Below, piece after piece: positions 18,739 through 28,400 of a DNA stretch of 64,000 bases. The translations under genes and the position numbers were made by a program. The stretch covers positions 20,544-84,543 of the IMG/VR virus record IMGVR_UViG_3300030419_003252; one strand, given 5' to 3'. The notes beneath the pieces are model-generated. The model was not told where the DNA came from. It worked only from the letters and a program-made list of their open reading frames with translations, and searched no databases. Source of the stretch: a virus. The first letter of the stretch is position 1, and every line of letters begins with the position of its first letter.

Positions 18739-21315
18739 TTACCGATCTTCTCTTTCTTTCTTATCAAGAACTTCACCATATTCTTCTCTCCATTTTTCTT
18801 TATTCAATCCAACTTCAATTAATGAAGGGTAATCTTGATACTTGGGATCAGAGGTACGACAAGCAATGTTCTTAACTCTCATGCCTCTACGATCTTTAAA
18901 TTTATAAACATTTAGTCTTAATTGATGAACACAAACATCCATTAATAGTGTTTCAAATCTGCTACGGCCAAGGATATTACTATTTGATCCTTTAGAAAAT
19001 TCACAATAGCTTGCATAAAGCCACTTATCCCAAGACATATAAACGTTAGATGATCCTGGTTGAGAACTTTTAGCTAAACCAATTGGAGCAGTAGTATCTG
19101 GATCAAATACTAAACAATGATCCATCCAATCCATAATCTGATTTGATTTAAGGATTTGTTCTCGATGATGTTTAGCAAAGAACTTAACTTTATTATTTGT
19201 TTCCATTAGATACTCCCGCATTTCCATCTCGGTCATATCTAATAACCAATTCACCAATCCTGGAAGTAATGAAGCGAAATCACCAAATGGTGTTCCACTG
19301 TCATCCATATCAATTAAGGTGCGTTGTTCAGCTGAACTGCCAGTGAAAGGTCTATCAAAAGGAATAGTAAGACGACGACGTGCAAGCCCAGATGTAGGAT
19401 CTGTCGTTTGTATTGGTTCATTTGCAGTTATCATTACCAACCCATTAAATTTAAACGGCTTTAATGAACCAGATTGAAATTTACGTTCATTCCGAATTAA
19501 ATCACGACCAGTAATTGCTTTTAATACTGAGACTGAACCACCATATCTTTCAACATCATTGAACAAAAGTAATTTCTTTTTATACAAGTTAGCTGTTTCA
19601 AATCTACTCTTTTCTAAGTGATCAAGAGAAGAGATGATAGCGTTTGTATCTCCTACTAATGCATGAGCAAGGTTGGAATAAGTAGACTTACCAGACTTAC
19701 CTGGACCAACAATTTCAACGAATTTCTGTATATCTGAATGACTTAATAGCACAGCACGTAACCATGCTCTAAGGACTTGTACACGTCCCCAGCTACCATC
19801 TTGTACATGTTTTAACCATTTAATAATTGGCTCACAAGAAGCTGAAGGATCATAAGCATATGGCAATTGTTGAGTCATATGCATATCTCTATCAAATGGT
19901 ATTAATTCTTTTGTCTCAACTATTAAAATTCCGTTTGTAAAAAGTAGATGTTCATTACCTTCGTACCAATCATCAAATATGACACTAATTTTTAATTGCT
20001 CTAATACATCATTTACTAAATTCATACTGTACCCATTAGGTAGCAGTTCTTTCTTTAACATCTCTAATCGACCTTTTATTTCACCTCTCATTTCAGTATC
20101 AGAGAGTGCTGTCCATAATCCTTTACTCTCTACCTCATAAAGTAAGAAACAATTTTGTGCTTGACTATATCTTAAATTTCCTTGATAACTCTGAAGTAAA
20201 ACACTTGCAATAATATCGGAAGAAGGATTCCTTGGCTTTTGTTCTCGACCTTTTGAATTAATTCGAGGATTACGAATCACCTTTTTGGTTGGAGCTGGAG
20301 TTGTAACTGGATCGAATTCAGTGAGCATTTTTGATACCTTGTCTAATGTTTCTTCGTCAATTTCACGATTGATTACCTTGTGATCTTCTGAAGGTCGCCA
20401 ACCATTTTGTTTTGCATGATGGAACAATGAACCAAGTGTTCTTGCTCCTCCTTTGTTGAAAGTACGCCAACGATTTTGACATTCACCTTCTTTATATTTT
20501 TCAGACTGTTTAGACCATTGATCCCAATCATCTAATAGAGATTCATCTAATTGATGCAAGGACTGACCAACAGTAATCCAAATATCGTAGTCATCAGCTG
20601 CTTCTGGAGGCATAGCCCACATAGCTTCTGATGCAAGTTGCATGTCTCTTTCGAGAGCAGCTTCAGCATTAATAGCAAAGCTTGGACCTACTATTCTAGT
20701 CGTTTCCTTTGCTGGTACACCTTGTTTTACGTTTTTGTTAATGATGCAATCAAGTAACCATTCAGGAAATTCAGGTAACTTTGAGATCCATTCAAATCCT
20801 TCTTCTGGAGCTGTAAAATATCCATCCGTATCGGGATGTAAACCCATCAAAACTCCTTGATGCTTTTTCCAAAGAATTTCTAGTTTTTCTTTTGCAGTCT
20901 CTGCATGCCAGGTATATTTATTGCGAACAAAGTGTTTATGTTTTTCTCTTGGTAGACGATAGAGCTTTCTTTCCCTACCTTCTTTTCCACTAAGAATAGT
21001 TAATGTTTTAGGTAATGCCTGATCTAATTCTTTATCAGATAAACCTTCAATCAGGTTGTATACACTAGGGCCATCAACATCAACCCATACCAAACCATAA
21101 GGGTGATTAAAAACTGGACCCGATATAAGACCGATGGCTTTGCATCGCCCTGCAAGTATTTCAGCTTCAATTTCATGGAGACTACAAGGATTGTTTTGCC
21201 AACCAGAGATATATGGATCTTTATTGCCTCCTAATGGAGTAAGAGGCCAGTCAGCTGAAATGAATTCAAGTTTTACTTCGCCTGGTCTGATTGATTTTGG
21301 AGTTGAGTTAGTCAT
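18739..21315 (-). CDS. Primase-helicase: bifunctional Prim-Pol + PriCT-2 + D5-like SF3 helicase
   Basis: WVDVDG primase motif, YDIWITVGQSLH...WS..S.KY PriCT-2, Walker A GPGKSGKST, LKAITG.D, RRR. Confidence 0.9.
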   Translation of the reverse strand: MTNSTPKSIRPGEVKLEFISADWPLTPLGGNKDPYISGWQNNPCSLHEIEAEILAGRCKAIGLISGPVFNHPYGLVWVDVDGPSVYNLIEGLSDKELDQALPKTLTILSGKEGRERKLYRLPREKHKHFVRNKYTWHAETAKEKLEILWKKHQGVLMGLHPDTDGYFTAPEEGFEWISKLPEFPEWLLDCIINKNVKQGVPAKETTRIVGPSFAINAEAALERDMQLASEAMWAMPPEAADDYDIWITVGQSLHQLDESLLDDWDQWSKQSEKYKEGECQNRWRTFNKGGARTLGSLFHHAKQNGWRPSEDHKVINREIDEETLDKVSKMLTEFDPVTTPAPTKKVIRNPRINSKGREQKPRNPSSDIIASVLLQSYQGNLRYSQAQNCFLLYEVESKGLWTALSDTEMRGEIKGRLEMLKKELLPNGYSMNLVNDVLEQLKISVIFDDWYEGNEHLLFTNGILIVETKELIPFDRDMHMTQQLPYAYDPSASCEPIIKWLKHVQDGSWGRVQVLRAWLRAVLLSHSDIQKFVEIVGPGKSGKSTYSNLAHALVGDTNAIISSLDHLEKSRFETANLYKKKLLLFNDVERYGGSVSVLKAITGRDLIRNERKFQSGSLKPFKFNGLVMITANEPIQTTDPTSGLARRRLTIPFDRPFTGSSAEQRTLIDMDDSGTPFGDFASLLPGLVNWLLDMTEMEMREYLMETNNKVKFFAKHHREQILKSNQIMDWMDHCLVFDPDTTAPIGLAKSSQPGSSNVYMSWDKWLYASYCEFSKGSNSNILGRSRFETLLMDVCVHQLRLNVYKFKDRRGMRVKNIACRTSDPKYQDYPSLIEVGLNKEKWREEYGEVLDKKEREDR

Positions 21316-21497
21316 GGGATTTGATTAGGTTTGAAGGTTACTTCAAAATGCTTGTCTGGGAAGACCTCTTCACTTAATAGCTTGAATGCGTGAAGATGCA
21401 TAGAAGTTGGCAAATGAAAACAATCCCCTTCCGTCGCATCTTTCATGCGATTTTGAAGGCTATTCATCCACTCACCAACGGAAACGTGTATTTCCAT
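21312..21497 (-). CDS. Hypothetical protein
   Basis: ATGA coupling to primase. Confidence 0.6.
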   Translation of the reverse strand: MEIHVSVGEWMNSLQNRMKDATEGDCFHLPTSMHLHAFKLLSEEVFPDKHFEVTFKPNQIP

Positions 21498-21576
21498 TGG
21501 GGTTATTTTTTTCGTGTTCTTTTATCCTAATCCGAAGAAACCAAAATAAATTGTTCAAAATATTAAGGTTCAATTT

Positions 21577-22431
21577 TTAAATTAGATCAGGATCGTAAAC
21601 ATTACAATTATCAATTTGTTTATAATATTCTTCTACAATTTTTAACCAATCTTTTTGTAGCATATCTAAATAACGTCTTGAAATTTTAAATACTTGAGTT
21701 CTTATAGGAGTTGAAACTAAGACAGCAGCCTGTTGAACTTTTATATTTAAAGTCTGTTGTATAGCTAGATCATAGGCAGCTAATTGTTTACAACATTTTT
21801 TAAATTTCATATGACCACTTAATAAATCTCTCCATTCTTTTGATCCTTTTTCAAATTGTTTAGGCCACTTTCTACTATATGGTTTTACACTTGTTTTTAA
21901 ATCTGCAAGTGTAAGTTTGTTATTAGCAACGCCAATAATATCTGGTGCACCAGCCCAAGCTCTACCTTCTTTATCACAGCCCCAAACACGAGCAACATCA
22001 TCAGCTCCAAGAGTAAATTTATATTTATCTAATACAGGAGATTCAGCCCAAAGAACTTCTGAAAACTGATCAAGTATTGGAGGCATACCACCCCAGTAAT
22101 CCTCATACTCAGTAGGTATTTCAGGTTCTTTATTTCCTTTAAGATATTGTTCCATACCAAAATGGATGGCTGTTCCACGTTCAGCTGCTTTTTCTTTTAC
22201 ACCTGGATTAGCCTTAGACCACATTTCTAATTTTCTTTTATTTGCTTCTGAAGCTGTTTCTGAAATAATTGTTGTTACTGAAGGAGCTGGTCCTGTGAAT
22301 AGTGGAGTTGTATAGTGCCGCTTACCATTAACAGTTATCCGAGCTGCAGTTTTATTTATATCCCGCATTAACGCAGGGTTTATCTCCTGATCTTCTTTAT
22401 CACATTCGAGAATATTAGTTGAACTCATCAA
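21577..22431 (-). CDS. PD-(D/E)XK exonuclease (phage/MGME1-like)
   Basis: PSVTTII, RGTAIH, AGAPD, DLKTS, QLAAY. Confidence 0.85.
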   Translation of the reverse strand: MMSSTNILECDKEDQEINPALMRDINKTAARITVNGKRHYTTPLFTGPAPSVTTIISETASEANKRKLEMWSKANPGVKEKAAERGTAIHFGMEQYLKGNKEPEIPTEYEDYWGGMPPILDQFSEVLWAESPVLDKYKFTLGADDVARVWGCDKEGRAWAGAPDIIGVANNKLTLADLKTSVKPYSRKWPKQFEKGSKEWRDLLSGHMKFKKCCKQLAAYDLAIQQTLNIKVQQAAVLVSTPIRTQVFKISRRYLDMLQKDWLKIVEEYYKQIDNCNVYDPDLI

Positions 22432-22548
22432 GGAGATTAATCTTTGCGTTTACGCTATCGTCCTTGTCAAGTATAGGAGGAAAAATAATATTTTATCTGA
22501 CAAATTTTAGAAATTAGTTATATTCAAAGAGGTAATCATTAGAGCAAA

Positions 22549-23136
22549 ATGACTTTTTGGAATGAATATTTCGAGGAAGTATCACAAAATTTAGCAGGAA
22601 GATCTGGTAGTTTTAAACAAATTTTTAAGTATTTAGATAGTCTTAAATGTAAAGAGGTATTCATTGTAGAGACAGGCTGCTACAGAGAAGAAGACAATTA
22701 TAGTGGTGATGGTTGTTCTACATTATTGTTTGACAATTATGTACAACACAGAGGTGGAAATGTTATATCAATTGATATTAATCCTAAAGCATGTGAGCTT
22801 GCCAGAAGTAATACGAGTAAGCAAGTTGAAGTTATTTGTGGTGACTCAGTAGAAGAACTTGGTTATTTAGAAGGAATGGTAGATTTACTTTACTTAGATT
22901 CATTTAACATCACAGACTGGGGAAATGATTGGGAATCATCTTCACATCATTTAAAAGAATTATTTGCAGCTAAAAATATTATCAAACCAGGAACTTTAAT
23001 TGTTGTAGATGATAATTTAAGAGCAGCAGATGGCAGACTACTAGGGAAAGGTCGCCTAATTGGTGAACTAATGGAAGCATTAGATTTGAAACCTTACATA
23101 GATGAATACCAAATAGGATGGATTTGGAAAGAATAA
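22549..23136 (+). CDS. Class I SAM-dependent methyltransferase
   Basis: IVETG, SIDI, GDS, DLLYLDS, IVVDD. Confidence 0.8.
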   Translation: MTFWNEYFEEVSQNLAGRSGSFKQIFKYLDSLKCKEVFIVETGCYREEDNYSGDGCSTLLFDNYVQHRGGNVISIDINPKACELARSNTSKQVEVICGDSVEELGYLEGMVDLLYLDSFNITDWGNDWESSSHHLKELFAAKNIIKPGTLIVVDDNLRAADGRLLGKGRLIGELMEALDLKPYIDEYQIGWIWKE

Positions 23137-23152
23137 TACTTAAGTATTAATC

Positions 23153-23419
23153 ATGAGCTGGAAAAGCAGTAAAAAAAGAATACGAAAGAATAGAGAAAAA
23201 TTAATAAAGCATAAGAAAACATTATGCTGTAAAGCTTGTGGTTTAGATGATTATCGTGTCTTAGAATTTCATCATCTTGGAGATAAAGAAAACAATATTT
23301 CTCGCATGGTAGGAGTTGGCTACAGCTGGAAAAGTATTGTAAAAGAGATGGATAAATGTATTGCTTTATGTAGTAACTGTCATCGTATTGAACACTGGAC
23401 AGAAGTTGAATCAGCTTGA
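23153..23419 (+). CDS. HNH endonuclease
   Basis: CKAC...LEFHH...KC..LCSNCHRIEH. Confidence 0.85.
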   Translation: MSWKSSKKRIRKNREKLIKHKKTLCCKACGLDDYRVLEFHHLGDKENNISRMVGVGYSWKSIVKEMDKCIALCSNCHRIEHWTEVESA

Positions 23420-23830
23420 TTGAGCTATAGCAGCTTGATGTGGTGAATCAGCTTGGCTAATAAAATTTTCTTTTGAAGGTTGCTTTAATTCTTCAACGCA
23501 TGCATCTTCACATTCTTGATCATTAATATCACATTCAGCAGAACAATTTAAATACTCATCTACTGGATCAGAAGTTGGTGCTGGTTCTAATTTAATTTCA
23601 CCACTTTCTACTTTTTGTACAAATTCCATACGATCAAACCATCCATCTCGCTGTGCTTTACCTGCTTCATTTAAACAGAAGTCTTCCCATAAACCAGTAA
23701 AAAGTCCATGCATTGGATGATCAGGATTATCTCGTCCTGCACATTTGTACATATGATTTTGAAAAATTACTCTACGGTTATTTTCTTCTAACCATTCACG
23801 AGTTCCAAGTTGATCAGCTTTGTTTGTCAT
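23411..23830 (-). CDS. Cyanophage protein with acidic four-Cys C-terminal module
   Basis: GRDNPDHPMHGLFTGLW domain plus DPVDEYLNCSAECDINDQECEDACVEEL. Confidence 0.7.
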   Translation of the reverse strand: MTNKADQLGTREWLEENNRRVIFQNHMYKCAGRDNPDHPMHGLFTGLWEDFCLNEAGKAQRDGWFDRMEFVQKVESGEIKLEPAPTSDPVDEYLNCSAECDINDQECEDACVEELKQPSKENFISQADSPHQAAIAQSS

Positions 23831-24020
23831 TTTCCTCAATAGCTATAAGGGAAGTATAGACGTTTTTAACTGCAGGATTTATATCAAATAAAACTTCATG
23901 TAGTTCTGCTTCAATATATTTAATAAATTCTTGTTGAGTTTTGCCTTTAAAAGGATCATAATCTAAATCTAAATCAACAGAAAAGCTTAAAGTCAAACGA
24001 GGTATTGGAATGGAATCCAT
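23814..24020 (-). CDS. Hypothetical protein
   Basis: Operon context. Confidence 0.6.
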   Translation of the reverse strand: MDSIPIPRLTLSFSVDLDLDYDPFKGKTQQEFIKYIEAELHEVLFDINPAVKNVYTSLIAIEENDKQS

Positions 24021-24064
24021 TTAATTTACTAATGATATATTTACGATAGCAGTCTTTAATTTCT

Positions 24065-24196
24065 ATGGATGGAGCAGTAGATGCTTGGCATAGTTTAAGT
24101 TGGTTTGATGGAGTCGCATTCTCAATCTGGCTTGGTATTTTGTACTATGGCAAATTGAGAATAGATCTCCATTTTGAACGTAAGCGTAAGAAATAA
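24065..24196 (+). CDS. Small single-TM protein (43 aa)
   Basis: MDGAVDAWHSLSWFDGVAFSIWLGILYYGKLRID... Confidence 0.6.
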   Translation: MDGAVDAWHSLSWFDGVAFSIWLGILYYGKLRIDLHFERKRKK

Positions 24197-24505
24197 TTAC
24201 TCAGCTGGTTTCTCAGCAATTAATTTAGCTTTCCACGCATTTTTTACGTCTGTGGTCCAAGCTGCTGTGCAAATGCTTTTTACTTCGTCTGCAATATCAG
24301 TTGTACCATCTGGTTCTTTTGATAAAGGATTATCAACAAGATTATCAGATGCATCAAGAGTACCTGGATCAAGTACAAATCTATGAAATGAACGAGTTAG
24401 TTCAACACCATCTTTTTTGATGACTGTTGCTTTTCTAACTTGTACATGTTTGTATTGTCCTACGACTTCTATTTTGTCGTATTCAATTGTTTCAGTTAAT
24501 GCCAT
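24197..24505 (-). CDS. Fibre-associated small protein
   Basis: MALTETIEYDKIEVV...QVR..T.I..DG.EL.RSFHR...ICTAAWT; family that follows DYEEG-type fibres. Confidence 0.75.
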   Translation of the reverse strand: MALTETIEYDKIEVVGQYKHVQVRKATVIKKDGVELTRSFHRFVLDPGTLDASDNLVDNPLSKEPDGTTDIADEVKSICTAAWTTDVKNAWKAKLIAEKPAE

Positions 24506-24546
24506 TAGGAAAATCCCTCCGAATTAAACAGGTTTAGGCATTCAGT

Positions 24547-24568
24547 ATTTTATTCGTACTACATTTAG
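24547..24568 (-). repeat. 22-bp post-fibre motif copy 4 (CTAAATGTAGTACGAATAAAAT)
   Basis: Inverted relative to copies 1-3; 4 nt after TAG of 24573..27032. Confidence 0.9.
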
Positions 24569-24572
24569 ATAT

Positions 24573-27032
24573 CTAAGCAGCCATATAAGTCGCAGAACCA
24601 TAAAGATAATTATCACCACTACCAGCTGCAAAATCACTTCCTTGAACTTGAGTTGATACAGTACTATTTGTTGCTTGTTTATACCAGTAGATAGTAGTAC
24701 CTCCAGAAATTAATCCCCTAAAATTAGGCATATCAGTATTCCATTCTCTTACAAAAGAAAAAGATAGACCAAATCGAGAGCTACTGTGATCTAAACAAGA
24801 AAAAGGAAGACCAGTTAAAGTAAAATTACCGCTAGGAGAATTAATAGCAGTAGTATAAAATGTCCAAGTAATATTAACTATTCTACCTACTCTTGTAAAA
24901 TGTCCACTAGCTACGACAGTTGCTGACCCTGAAGTTTCAAAATTTGCTACAGGAGTCCAAGTCCCTTCTTCGTAGTGATCTAAAACTTCTCCAGGTGAGG
25001 CATCTGTTGTAGCTCCTGTAGCAGAAGTACCAGTTTGAGCACTAAAGTCAATACCTTTACCAGCAGGTGCTTTTAAATTTCCATCAGTAGTTAGTTCCCA
25101 TGTTCTATTAACACCTGCAGCAGCATCACTCACTTTGAAAGTTTGTCTTCCATTACCAGACTGCACATACATAGCACTGCCAGTGGCATAAAGTCGTCCA
25201 CCAGATGCAGAATCAGAACTATTTACATGAATCGTTCCATCACTTGTTATACGAAATCTTTCACTACTACCAGTAGCAAAACGAAGTTCACTACCTCTTA
25301 TACCAAAACCTGCTAAAGTATCAGCTTCATCATTAGTTGCTTGGAAACCAGCAAGATTACCAATTTCTCCAATACTACCGCTATATAAAATATTTTTATC
25401 TTCTCCACAATGAATATGGAAAAATGCTGAAGGTGCAACCGTTCCATCACCTGTTCCTATAGCAACTCCAGTAGAAGTTATTTCCATTTTTTGAGCAACA
25501 GCTTGTGTTCCTGTGCCAGCAGCAAATCTTAAACTGGTACCTCTAAGTCCTAGATGCGTTATTAAATGACTATCATTAATAGGAACTATACAAGGAACAG
25601 AACCTACTTCTCCTTGATCACCACTATAGACAATATGTTTATCTGTATCAAGTTTTACATGGAATGGAGCTTGTGGACTTGTTGTACCTATACCTACTTT
25701 TCCGTCTGACTTTATATACATACGTGTATTGGAACCAGCACGAAGTAAAAGATTGTCACCATTTGCTCCAACCATTACTCCAGTATCAGTTGTGGTGTTA
25801 TCTCTTATTTGAATCCAGGCATTTGCATCATCAGATTTAAACAGAGCAGTTACGTCTGTACCTGATACTGCTTCAACAGATAATCTATAATCTGGACTTG
25901 TTATACCAATACCTACGTTCCCAGTACTACCTTGTACTGTCATTAATGTTGAATCATTTACCTGTAAAAAAACATCTCTATTAACACTACCCGCATTTAA
26001 TTTTAAATCATTTCCTGTTTTAGAACGTAATTCGTTTAAACATTCAATAGTTCCTTCTACGTCTAATGTTTCACTAGGACTTGTTGTACCTATACCTACC
26101 AGGCCATCTGATGTAATACGAACATGTTCTTCATTGTTAGTAGTGGAATTTGAAGTTGATAATGTTAAATATGTTGTTATTCCATTTACTCCTGAATACA
26201 TTCTTAACCCACCAACAACTCCCACCCCTGCACCAGATGGGTCTTGCTTTTCAAATTCAAAACCACCTATTAATTGATCAGTGTTTAAGCTCGTGTCAGT
26301 ATTTTCTAGGCGTATTACTGCTGTATCTGCTCCTGCTAAATGCAGTAATGTATCTGGACTTGTTGTACCAATACCTACATTTCCAGATTCCCTAATAGTC
26401 ATACGAGTAGAAGGATTACTTCCACTTTCTGACGTACCAAAGAAGATTATTCCATCATCTTTATTAGTAGTATCTAAACCTGAACGAAAACCTAATATTG
26501 TAACTTCATTATCATTCCAAAAACCACTAACACCTCCTAAGAAATCATCATCTCCAGTAGCTGCATTTCCTATTTTGACTTTATATCCCGATGTGTCAGA
26601 TGATTTAAGACGTAGATGCCCATCAGTTATATGTATTTTTTCACTAGGATTTGTTGTACCGATACCTATCTTTCCATCAAATTTTATATGAAAATTTGTT
26701 GCTCCTTTATTTTTTACAGCAAAATATGATTGGTTATTTGAAGCATTAGTAGGATCGTTATCAATAACAAATGCATTAACAGTTCGATCTAGAATTATGT
26801 CACCGTAACCACTATTACCTGTATGCTGGAATCTTACTGTTGTATCTGTTCCACTTGGAGATTTAGTTAAAATTCTTGTACCATTAACAGTTAATAATTC
26901 AGCAGAATTAATTCCTAAAGATATAGTATTAGCTGCTGACAAATACATCCCATTAGCTGGAGCACTGGATGTCCCTGTAAAATTTAATGCTTGAACTAAA
27001 TCACTAATTAATTGGGCTTTTGTTTGTGACAT
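24573..27032 (-). CDS. Tail fibre / receptor-binding protein 4 (displaced into replication arm)
   Basis: Five GIGTTSP-type repeats; GIDFSA...LDHYEEGTWTP...FTRVGRIV tip domain. Confidence 0.8.
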   Translation of the reverse strand: MSQTKAQLISDLVQALNFTGTSSAPANGMYLSAANTISLGINSAELLTVNGTRILTKSPSGTDTTVRFQHTGNSGYGDIILDRTVNAFVIDNDPTNASNNQSYFAVKNKGATNFHIKFDGKIGIGTTNPSEKIHITDGHLRLKSSDTSGYKVKIGNAATGDDDFLGGVSGFWNDNEVTILGFRSGLDTTNKDDGIIFFGTSESGSNPSTRMTIRESGNVGIGTTSPDTLLHLAGADTAVIRLENTDTSLNTDQLIGGFEFEKQDPSGAGVGVVGGLRMYSGVNGITTYLTLSTSNSTTNNEEHVRITSDGLVGIGTTSPSETLDVEGTIECLNELRSKTGNDLKLNAGSVNRDVFLQVNDSTLMTVQGSTGNVGIGITSPDYRLSVEAVSGTDVTALFKSDDANAWIQIRDNTTTDTGVMVGANGDNLLLRAGSNTRMYIKSDGKVGIGTTSPQAPFHVKLDTDKHIVYSGDQGEVGSVPCIVPINDSHLITHLGLRGTSLRFAAGTGTQAVAQKMEITSTGVAIGTGDGTVAPSAFFHIHCGEDKNILYSGSIGEIGNLAGFQATNDEADTLAGFGIRGSELRFATGSSERFRITSDGTIHVNSSDSASGGRLYATGSAMYVQSGNGRQTFKVSDAAAGVNRTWELTTDGNLKAPAGKGIDFSAQTGTSATGATTDASPGEVLDHYEEGTWTPVANFETSGSATVVASGHFTRVGRIVNITWTFYTTAINSPSGNFTLTGLPFSCLDHSSSRFGLSFSFVREWNTDMPNFRGLISGGTTIYWYKQATNSTVSTQVQGSDFAAGSGDNYLYGSATYMAA

Positions 27033-27092
27033 TCTTTCCCACGAATACTGGCGATAGTATTATTTTAACGCCAGCATTTTTAGGAATAACTA

Positions 27093-27359
27093 TTATTTAT
27101 CAATCATTTTTTCAAGAGCATGGACTTGGTTCTGTCTGTAATAAGCCAAGCGTTCCTGGATCAGGTTGTAATAATTGATCGCACCATCAACCATTTCTTG
27201 TGCCTCCATGCTTCCTGCTAAATTTTCATTAGCAAGCATTGCAGCTGTTAAAACAGTAACACCCCATTCAATTTTGCTACCAATTAAAGCCTCCAGAGGA
27301 GTCCCTTCCTGAGTAAACCCAGCGAGCAAATTGTATAGATTAGCTGGATCTTTCTCCAT
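27093..27359 (-). CDS. Hypothetical protein
   Basis: GAGGAG SD before MEKDPAN. Confidence 0.65.
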   Translation of the reverse strand: MEKDPANLYNLLAGFTQEGTPLEALIGSKIEWGVTVLTAAMLANENLAGSMEAQEMVDGAINYYNLIQERLAYYRQNQVHALEKMIDK

Positions 27360-27394
27360 GAACTCCTCTATTCTTTTTTCTATTCTATAAGAAT

Positions 27395-27802
27395 TTATCC
27401 TTCTGTCTTTTGCATCCAGTACCAATAGCAATGCTTCGCATTCTGATGAAACCGTTTTCCTTGAAGTAATTTAAACTTCTTTTCTTCTAGTTCGTGCATT
27501 TTATCTTCGTTATAAGGGAGAGGTTCTCCATTATCACAAAGCATTGCCATCTCTAATTCGTTCAGTTCCATCTGGACTGTGTAGTCTTCAAGGTTATGTT
27601 GATGACAGCACATCCATGTATGGGCATCTTCAAGATTCTTCGGTGGTTGAAGCTTCAGGAAAAAGCTGTCGGGAATGCTCGGATGTTTCCAGTTCCAATT
27701 TGCCATTTCCGTGTGCTCGTCTACGGAGTATTGCGATGGTGGGGTATACGTAAACTCCTTCGGGGAGTCGTTCGTTACTTTTGTTTGCGTTGCGGAGGGC
27801 AT
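27395..27802 (-). CDS. Hypothetical coiled-coil protein (overlaps Gp157 gene)
   Basis: Likely start MPSATQ; fills 27395-27630, which has no other ORF. Confidence 0.55.
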   Translation of the reverse strand: MPSATQTKVTNDSPKEFTYTPPSQYSVDEHTEMANWNWKHPSIPDSFFLKLQPPKNLEDAHTWMCCHQHNLEDYTVQMELNELEMAMLCDNGEPLPYNEDKMHELEEKKFKLLQGKRFHQNAKHCYWYWMQKTEG

Positions 27803-28352
27803 CTTTGTTGGGAATAATTTTGACTTGAGATTTGGTTGAAGTACTTTCGTCAAGCACATCACCTTGTATAGAACGTACCACGGTTTTTGTAGTAGTTACA
27901 ACTTCTGTTTTGGTTAAAAACTTTTGTTGTTGTTCTTGTGTCCAATCTTCAGGATTAGAATCTATTCTGATACTAGAAGTTGATTTCTTACTAAGAAGAA
28001 ATTTATATTTATTCCCAGTTAAACTATTTTTCCCAACAGGTAACATTCGACCTATATATCTAAGTAATCCTTCAAGACGATCTATTTTGTTTTGATAAGA
28101 TTTCTTAGCAGTCTTAAGAAGTTCTTCTTCTTTCTTTACTCTTTCTAAACAATCTTCATTGTTTACAAGATAAGAATAGATCATGTCTACTCTTGCAGAT
28201 TTCTCATTAATCGCTAACTCTAATTCTTCTGTTATCTTCTTTTCCTCTTCAGGAGTTAATAAAGATTTATCAGAAGAAAGTAAAGCTCTTTCATGATTGA
28301 GAACCTGGAGGAGATCCATCTTAGATAGATCCATTGAATTGTTTTGTGTCAT
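27630..28352 (-). CDS. Siphovirus Gp157 / Gam-like protein
   Basis: Long coiled coil EK...D.I.......K.EE..L......N.I.RL, followed by beta segment and NKDALR. Confidence 0.7.
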   Translation of the reverse strand: MTQNNSMDLSKMDLLQVLNHERALLSSDKSLLTPEEEKKITEELELAINEKSARVDMIYSYLVNNEDCLERVKKEEELLKTAKKSYQNKIDRLEGLLRYIGRMLPVGKNSLTGNKYKFLLSKKSTSSIRIDSNPEDWTQEQQQKFLTKTEVVTTTKTVVRSIQGDVLDESTSTKSQVKIIPNKDALRNANKSNERLPEGVYVYPTIAILRRRAHGNGKLELETSEHSRQLFPEASTTEES

Positions 28353-28375
28353 TTAAAAATGGAGTTGAGTTGATT

Positions 28376-28396
28376 AGTTTTACATCATTTCGGATG
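28376..28396 (-). promoter_or_regulatory. Small hairpin + UAAAACU element (family C, copy 1)
   Basis: CATC-CGAAAT-GATG-TAAAACT, covaries with the copy at 31261. Confidence 0.6.
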
Positions 28397-28400
28397 GAGG

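Noticed and set aside
23480-23570. CP12 auxiliary metabolic gene
   Set aside because: Lacks AWD.VEEL core and the C-terminal CxxxPxxxxC..Y(D/E) motif.
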